Positions 56,101 through 64,000 of a stretch of DNA of 64,000 bases are shown here, in pieces. Within the stretch, counting starts at the first letter, position 1; the number at the start of each line of letters is the position of its first letter. A model generated the notes under the pieces. It made no database searches and had not been told where the DNA came from. It saw nothing but the letters and a program-made list of their open reading frames with translations. The stretch is from Eledone cirrhosa (lineage: Eukaryota), in contig OZ024758.1 of NCBI GenBank assembly GCA_964016885.1, positions 31,558,001-31,622,000 on the forward strand, read 5' to 3'. The position numbers were made by a program, and so were the translations under genes.

Positions 56101-59100
56101 AGACAATTGATGACAGCTGGGGCAAGGTCTATGTCCTACAATAGACAATAGATGACAGCTGGGGGAAGGTCTATGTCCTACAATAGACAATAGATGTCAG
56201 CTGGGGGAAGGTCTATGTCCTACAATGGACAATAGATGACAGCTGGGGCAAGGTCTATGTCCTACAATAGACAATAGATGACAGCTGGGGCATGGTCTAT
56301 GTCCTACAATAGACAATAGATGACAGCTGGGGGAAGGTCAATGTCCTACAATAGACAATAGATGTCAGCTGGGGGAAGGTCTATGTCCTACAATGGACAA
56401 TAGATGACAGCTTGGGCAAGGTCTATGTCCTACAATAGACAATAGATGTCAGCTGGGGGAAGGTCTATGTCCTACAATGGACAATAGATGACAGCTGGGG
56501 CAAGGTCTATGTCCTACAATAGACAATAGATGTCAGCTGGGGGAAGGTCTATGTCCTACGATAGACAATAGATGTCAGCTGGGGGAAGGTCTATGTCCTA
56601 CAATAGACAATAGATGACAGCTGGGGGAAGGTCTATGTCCTACAATAGACAATAGATGACAGCTGGGGGAAGGTCTATGTCCTACAATAGACAATAGATG
56701 TCAGCTGGGGGAAGGTCTATGTCCTACAATAGACAATAGATGTCAGCTGGGGGAAGGTCTATGTCCTACAATGGACAATAGATGACAGCTGGGGAAAGGT
56801 CTATGTCCTACAATGGACAATAGATGACACAGCTGGGGGAAGGTCTATGTCCTACAGTAGACAATAGATGACAGCTGGGGCAAGGTCTATGTCCTACAAT
56901 AGACAATAGATGACAGCTGGGGCAAGGTCTATGTCCTACAATAGACAATAGATGACATCTGGGGGAAGGTCTATGTCCTACAATAGACAATAGATGACAG
57001 CTGGGGCAAGGTCTATGTCCTACAATAGACAATAGATGTCAGCTGGGGCAAGGTCTATGTCCTACAATGGACAATAGATGACACAGCTGGGGGAAGGTCT
57101 ATGTCCTACAATAGACAATAGATGACAGCTGGGGGAAGGTCTATGTCCTACAATAGACAATAGATGTCAGCTGGGGGAAGGTCTATGTCCTACAATGGAC
57201 AATAGATGACAGCTGGGGCAAGGTCTATGTCCTACAATAGACAATAGATGACAGCTGGGGCATGGTCTATGTCCTACAATAGACAATAGATGACAGCTGG
57301 GGGAAGGTCAATGTCCTACAATAGACAATAGATGTCAGCTGGGGGAAGGTCTATGTCCTACAATGGACAATAGATGACAGCTTGGGCAAGGTCTATGTCC
57401 TACAATAGACAATAGATGTCAGCTGGGGGAAGGTCTATGTCCTACAATGGACAATAGATGACAGCTGGGGCAAGGTCTATGTCCTACAATAGACAATAGA
57501 TGTCAGCTGGGGGAAGGTCTATGTCCTACGATAGACAATAGATGTCAGCTGGGGGAAGGTCTATGTCCTACAATAGACAATAGATGACAGCTGGGGGAAG
57601 GTCTATGTCCTACAATAGACAATAGATGACAGCTGGGGGAAGGTCTATGTCCTACAATAGACAATAGATGTCAGCTGGGGGAAGGTCTATGTCCTACAAT
57701 AGACAATAGATGTCAGCTGGGGGAAGGTCTATGTCCTACAATGGACAATAGATGACAGCTGGGGAAAGGTCTATGTCCTACAATGGACAATAGATGACAC
57801 AGCTGGGGGAAGGTCTATGTCCTACAGTAGACAATAGATGACAGCTGGGGCAAGGTCTATGTCCTACAATAGACAATAGATGACAGCTGGGGCAAGGTCT
57901 ATGTCCTACAATAGACAATAGATGACATCTGGGGGAAGGTCTATGTCCTACAATAGACAATAGATGACAGCTGGGGCAAGGTCTATGTCCTACAATAGAC
58001 AATAGATGTCAGCTGGGGCAAGGTCTATGTCCTACAATGGACAATAGATGACACAGCTGGGGGAAGGTCTATGTCCTACAATAGACAATAGATGACAGCT
58101 GGGAGAAGGTCTATGTCCTACAATAGACAATAGATGACAGCTGGGGGAAGGTCTATGTCCTACAATAGACAATAGATGACAGCTGGGGGAAGGTCTATGT
58201 CCTACAATGGACAATAGATGACACAGCTGGGAGAAGGTCTATGTCCTACAATAGACAATAGATGACAGCTGGGAGAAGGTCTATGTCCTACAATGGACAA
58301 TAGATGACAGCTGGGGGAAGGTCTATGTCCTACAATAGACAATAGATGACAGCTGGGGGAAGGTCTATGTCCTACAATGGACAATAGATGACACAGCTGG
58401 GAGAAGGTCTATGTCCTACAATAGACAATAGATGACAGCTGGGAGAAGGTCTATGTCCTACAATGGACAATAGATGACAGCTGGGGCAAGGTCTATGTCC
58501 TACAATGGACAATAGATGACACAGCTGGGGGAAGGTCTATGTCCTACAATAGACAATAGATGACAGCTGGGGGAAGGTCTATGTCCTACAATAGACAATA
58601 GATGACAGCTGGGGGAAGGTCTATGTCCTACAATAGACAATAGATGACAGCTGGGGGAAGGTCTATGTCCTACAATGGACAATAGATGACAGCTGGGGGA
58701 AGGTCTATGTCCTACAATGGACAATAGATGACAGCTGGGGCAAGGTCTATGTCCTACAATAGACAATAGATGACAGCTGGGGGAAGGTCTATGTCCTACA
58801 ATGGACATTAGATGACAGCTGGGGCAAGGTCTATGTCCTACAATAGACAGTAGATGACAGCTGGGGCAAGGTCTATGTCCTACAATAGACAATAGATGAC
58901 AGCTGGGGGAAGGTCTATGTCCTACAATGGACAATAGATGACAGCTGGGGCAAGGTCTATGTCCTACAATAGATAATAGATGACAGCTGGGGGAAGGTCT
59001 ATGTCCTACAAAAGACAATAGATGTCAGCTGGGGGAAGGTCTATGTCCTACAATGGACAATAGATGACAGCTGGGGCAAGGTCTATGTCCTACAATAGAC

Positions 59101-62100
59101 AATTGATGACAGCTGGGGCAAGGTCTATGTCCTACAATAGACAATAGATGACAGCTGGGGGAAGGTCTATGTCCTACAATAGACAATAGATGTCAGCTGG
59201 GGGAAGGTCTATGTCCTACAATGGACAATAGATGACAGCTGGGGCAAGGTCTATGTCCTACAATAGACAATAGATGACAGCTGGGGCATGGTCTATGTCC
59301 TACAATAGACAATAGATGACAGCTGGGGCAAGGTCTATGTCCTACAATAGACAATAGATGACAGCTGGGGGAAGGTCTATGTCCTACAATAGACAACAGA
59401 TGTCAGCTGGTGGAAGGTCTATGTCCTACAATAGACAATAGATGTCAGCTGGGGGAAGGTCTATGTCCTACAATAGACAATAGATGACAGCTGGGGGAAG
59501 GTCTATGTCTTACAATAGACAATAGATGTCAGCTGGGGGAAGGTCTATGTCCTTCAATAGACAATAGATGTCAGCTGGGGTAAGGTCTATGTCCTACAAT
59601 GTACAATAGATGACACAGCTGGGAGAAGGTCTATGTCCTACAATAGACAATAGATATCAGCTGGGGGAAGGTCTATGTCCTACAATAGACAATAGATGTC
59701 AGCTGGGGGAAGGTCTATGTCCTACAATGGACAATAGATGACACAGCTGGGAGAAGGTCTATGTCCTACAATAGACAATAGATGACAGCTGGGGCAAGGT
59801 CTATGTCCTACAATAGACAATAGATGACAGCTGGGGGAAGGTCTATGTCCTACAATAAACAATAGATGACAGCTGGGGGAAGGTCTATGTCCTACAATGG
59901 ACAATAGATGACAGCTGGGGCAAGGTCTATGTCCTACAATGGACAATAGATGACAGCTGGGGGAAGGTCTATGTCCTACAATGGACAATAGATGACAGCT
60001 GGGGCAAGGTCTATGTCCTACAATAGACAATAGATGACAGCTGGGGGAAGGTCTATGTCCTACAATGGACATTAGATGACAGCTGGGGCAAGGTCTATGT
60101 CCTACAATAGACAGTAAATGACAGCTGGGGCAAGGTCTATGTCCTACAATAGACAATAGATGACAGCTGGGGGAAGGTCTATGTCCTACAATGGACAATA
60201 GATGACAGCTGGGGCAAGGTCTATGTCCTACAATAGATAATAGATGACAGCTGGGGGAAGGTCTATGTCCTACAAAAGACAATAGATGTCAGCTGGGGGA
60301 AGGTCTATGTCCTACAATGGACAATAGATGACAGCTGGGGCAAGGTCTATGTCCTACAATAGACAATTGATGACAGCTGGGGCAAGGTCTATGTCCTACA
60401 ATAGACAATAGATGACAGCTGGGGGAAGGTCTATGTCCTACAATAGACAATAGATGTCAGCTGGGGGAAGGTCTATGTCCTACAATGGACAATAGATGAC
60501 AGCTGGGGCAAGGTCTATGTCCTACAATAGACAATAGATGACAGCTGGGGCATGGTCTATGTCCTACAATAGACAATAGATGACAGCTGGGGGAAGGTCA
60601 ATGTCCTACAATAGACAATAGATGTCAGCTGGGGGAAGGTCTATGTCCTACAATGGACAATAGATGACAGCTTGGGCAAGGTCTATGTCCTACAATAGAC
60701 AATAGATGTCAGCTGGGGGAAGGTCTATGTCCTACAATGGACAATAGATGACAGCTGGGGCAAGGTCTATGTCCTACAATAGACAATAGATGTCAGCTGG
60801 GGGAAGGTCTATGTCCTACAATAGACAATAGATGTCAGCTGGGGGAAGGTCTATGTCCTACAATAGACAATAGATGACAGCTGGGGGAAGGTCTATGTCC
60901 TACAATAGACAATAGATGACAGCTGGGGGAAGGTCTATGTCCTACAATAGACAATAGATGTCAGCTGGGGGAAGGTCTATGTCCTACAATAGACAATAGA
61001 TGTCAGCTGGGGGAAGGTCTATGTCCTACAATGGACAATAGATGACAGCTGGGGAAAGGTCTATGTCCTACAATGGACAATAGATGACACAGCTGGGGGA
61101 AGGTCTATGTCCTACAAAAGACAATAGATGTCAGCTGGGGGAAGGTCTATGTCCTACAATGGACAATAGATGACAGCTGGGGCAAGGTCTATGTCCTACA
61201 ATAGACAATTGATGACAGCTGGGGCAAGGTCTATGTCCTACAATAGACAATAGATGACAGCTGGGGGAAGGTCTATGTCCTACAATAGACAATAGATGTC
61301 AGCTGGGGGAAGGTCTATGTCCTACAATGGACAATAGATGACAGCTGGGGCAAGGTCTATGTCCTACAATAGACAATAGATGACAGCTGGGGCATGGTCT
61401 ATGTCCTACAATAGACAATAGATGACAGCTGGGGGAAGGTCAATGTCCTACAATAGACAATAGATGTCAGCTGGGGGAAGGTCTATGTCCTACAATGGAC
61501 AATAGATGACAGCTTGGGCAAGGTCTATGTCCTACAATAGACAATAGATGTCAGCTGGGGGAAGGTCTATGTCCTACAATGGACAATAGATGACAGCTGG
61601 GGCAAGGTCTATGTCCTACAATAGACAATAGATGTCAGCTGGGGGAAGGTCTATGTCCTACGATAGACAATAGATGTCAGCTGGGGGAAGGTCTATGTCC
61701 TACAATAGACAATAGATGACAGCTGGGGGAAGGTCTATGTCCTACAATAGACAATAGATGACAGCTGGGGGAAGGTCTATGTCCTACAATAGACAATAGA
61801 TGTCAGCTGGGGGAAGGTCTATGTCCTACAATAGACAATAGATGTCAGCTGGGGGAAGGTCTATGTCCTACAATGGACAATAGATGACAGCTGGGGAAAG
61901 GTCTATGTCCTACAATGGACAATAGATGACACAGCTGGGGGAAGGTCTATGTCCTACAGTAGACAATAGATGACAGCTGGGGCAAGGTCTATGTCCTACA
62001 ATAGACAATAGATGACAGCTGGGGCAAGGTCTATGTCCTACAATAGACAATAGATGACATCTGGGGGAAGGTCTATGTCCTACAATAGACAATAGATGAC

Positions 62101-63430
62101 AGCTGGGGCAAGGTCTATGTCCTACAATAGACAATAGATGTCAGCTGGGGCAAGGTCTATGTCCTACAATGGACAATAGATGACACAGCTGGGGGAAGGT
62201 CTATGTCCTACAATAGACAATAGATGACAGCTGGGAGAAGGTCTATGTCCTACAATAGACAATAGATGACAGCTGGGGGAAGGTCTATGTCCTACAATAG
62301 ACAATAGATGACAGCTGGGGGAAGGTCTATGTCCTACAATGGACAATAGATGACACAGCTGGGAGAAGGTCTATGTCCTACAATAGACAATAGATGACAG
62401 CTGGGAGAAGGTCTATGTCCTACAATGGACAATAGATGACAGCTGGGGGAAGGTCTATGTCCTACAATAGACAATAGATGACAGCTGGGGGAAGGTCTAT
62501 GTCCTACAATGGACAATAGATGACACAGCTGGGAGAAGGTCTATGTCCTACAATAGACAATAGATGACAGCTGGGAGAAGGTCTATGTCCTACAATGGAC
62601 AATAGATGACAGCTGGGGCAAGGTCTATGTCCTACAATGGACAATAGATGACACAGCTGGGGGAAGGTCTATGTCCTACAATAGACAATAGATGACAGCT
62701 GGGGGAAGGTCTATGTCCTACAATAGACAATAGATGACAGCTGGGGGAAGGTCTATGTCCTACAATAGACAATAGATGACAGCTGGGGGAAGGTCTATGT
62801 CCTACAATGGACAATAGATGACAGCTGGGGGAAGGTCTATGTCCTACAATGGACAATAGATGACAGCTGGGGCAAGGTCTATGTCCTACAATAGACAATA
62901 GATGACAGCTGGGGGAAGGTCTATGTCCTACAATGGACATTAGATGACAGCTGGGGCAAGGTCTATGTCCTACAATAGACAGTAGATGACAGCTGGGGCA
63001 AGGTCTATGTCCTACAATAGACAATAGATGACAGCTGGGGGAAGGTCTATGTCCTACAATGGACAATAGATGACAGCTGGGGCAAGGTCTATGTCCTACA
63101 ATAGATAATAGATGACAGCTGGGGGAAGGTCTATGTCCTACAAAAGACAATAGATGTCAGCTGGGGGAAGGTCTATGTCCTACAATGGACAATAGATGAC
63201 AGCTGGGGCAAGGTCTATGTCCTACAATAGACAATTGATGACAGCTGGGGCAAGGTCTATGTCCTACAATAGACAATAGATGACAGCTGGGGGAAGGTCT
63301 ATGTCCTACAATAGACAATAGATGTCAGCTGGGGGAAGGTCTATGTCCTACAATGGACAATAGATGACAGCTGGGGCAAGGTCTATGTCCTACAATAGAC
63401 AATAGATGACAGCTGGGGCATGGTCTATGT
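50160..63430 (+). repeat. Three tandem copies of a 4132-bp HOR (98 monomers); the middle copy is 5102 bp because of a 970-bp internal duplication
   Basis: The marker CAACAGATGTCAGCTGGTGG is at about 50160, 54292 and 59394. ORF offsets are 50488/54620 = 4132, 54620/59722 = 5102, 56808/57778 = 970 and 57778/61910 = 4132. Confidence 0.88.
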
Positions 63431-64000
63431 CCTACAATAGACAATAGATGACAGCTGGGGGAAGGTCAATGTCCTACAATAGACAATAGATGTCAGCTGG
63501 GGGAAGGTCTATGTCCTACAATGGACAATAGATGACAGCTTGGGCAAGGTCTATGTCCTACAATAGACAATAGATGTCAGCTGGGGGAAGGTCTATGTCC
63601 TACAATGGACAATAGATGACAGCTGGGGCAAGGTCTATGTCCTACAATAGACAATAGATGTCAGCTGGGGGAAGGTCTATGTCCTACAATAGACAATAGA
63701 TGTCAGCTGGGGGAAGGTCTATGTCCTACAATAGACAATAGATGACAGCTGGGGGAAGGTCTATGTCCTACAATAGACAATAGATGACAGCTGGGGGAAG
63801 GTCTATGTCCTACAATAGACAATAGATGACAAAGCTGGGAGAAGGTCTATGTCCTACAATAGACAATAGATGTCAGCTGGGGCAAGGTCTATGTCCTACA
63901 ATGGACAATAGCTGACACAGCTGGGAGAAGGTCTATGTCCTACAATGGACAATAGATGACACAGCTGGGGGAAGGTCTATGTCGTACAATGGACAATAGA

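Larger units (their letters stand above)
1..64000 (+). repeat. Tandem satellite DNA array with a 42-bp monomer (44-bp variant common), about 1,500 head-to-tail copies running off both window ends
   Basis: Every part of the window reads as GACAATAGATG(A/T)CAGCTGGG(G/A)(G/C/A/T)AAGGTCTATGTCCTACAAT(G/A), always in the same orientation. ORF translations repeat every 14 aa (42 bp). No non-repeat sequence was seen. Confidence 0.99.

Noticed and set aside
1840-63150. Minus-strand ORFs encoding (SIVGHRPSPSCHLL)n, up to 340 aa, as a repetitive Cys/His-rich protein
   Set aside because: The frame is open only because 42 is divisible by 3. The very common GTCAG variant creates TGA stops and the 44-bp variant frameshifts it. 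The listed start Met replaces a Leu (TTG-type alternative start), and there is no unique N- or C-terminal domain.
1-64000. CRISPR array or other repeat-spacer system
   Set aside because: There are no unique spacers, monomers abut directly, and there is no leader or cas gene.
1-64000. Telomeric repeat or G-quadruplex array
   Set aside because: There is only one G5 run per 42 bp, about 37 nt apart and often interrupted. It does not match canonical telomere motifs or the standard short-loop G4 pattern.
1-64000. Origin of the monomer from a 7-bp or 21-bp subrepeat
   Set aside because: ACAATAG occurs twice and ATG(A/T)C recurs at 21-bp spacing, but the remaining heptamers (CTGGGGG, AAGGTCT) do not fit. 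The support is too weak to claim.
1-64000. Embedded transposon, tRNA/5S/snRNA gene unit or strand inversion
   Set aside because: I saw no non-satellite sequence and no reverse-complement monomers, and the 42-bp unit resembles no structural RNA I recognise.

Overview
The whole 64 kb window is one uninterrupted, single-orientation tandem satellite array of roughly 1,500 monomers. The consensus monomer is 42 bp, GACAATAGATGACAGCTGGGGGAAGGTCTATGTCCTACAAT(G/A), and a common 44-bp variant carries an extra AC (GACACAGCTG). I see no genes, RNA genes, transposon insertions, unique spacers or inversions. All listed ORFs are by-products of 42 being divisible by 3. The informative structure is the order of monomer variants, which reveals nested higher-order repeats (HORs). 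These are tandem duplications of 462, 466, 676, 842, 970, 1472 and 1807 bp, plus larger units of about 3.3, 3.5, 4.1, 4.7, 5.0 and 9.6-10.0 kb. The array also has locally homogenised pure-consensus tracts, a shift in variant composition near 17.5 kb, and a return at the window end to a variant string otherwise seen only about 50.7 kb upstream. This looks like eukaryotic satellite or heterochromatic DNA, but I cannot identify the organism or the satellite family. Periods come from marker positions I read by eye and from ORF-track offsets, so block boundaries are approximate to about one monomer. The sequence does not support a novel gene system.
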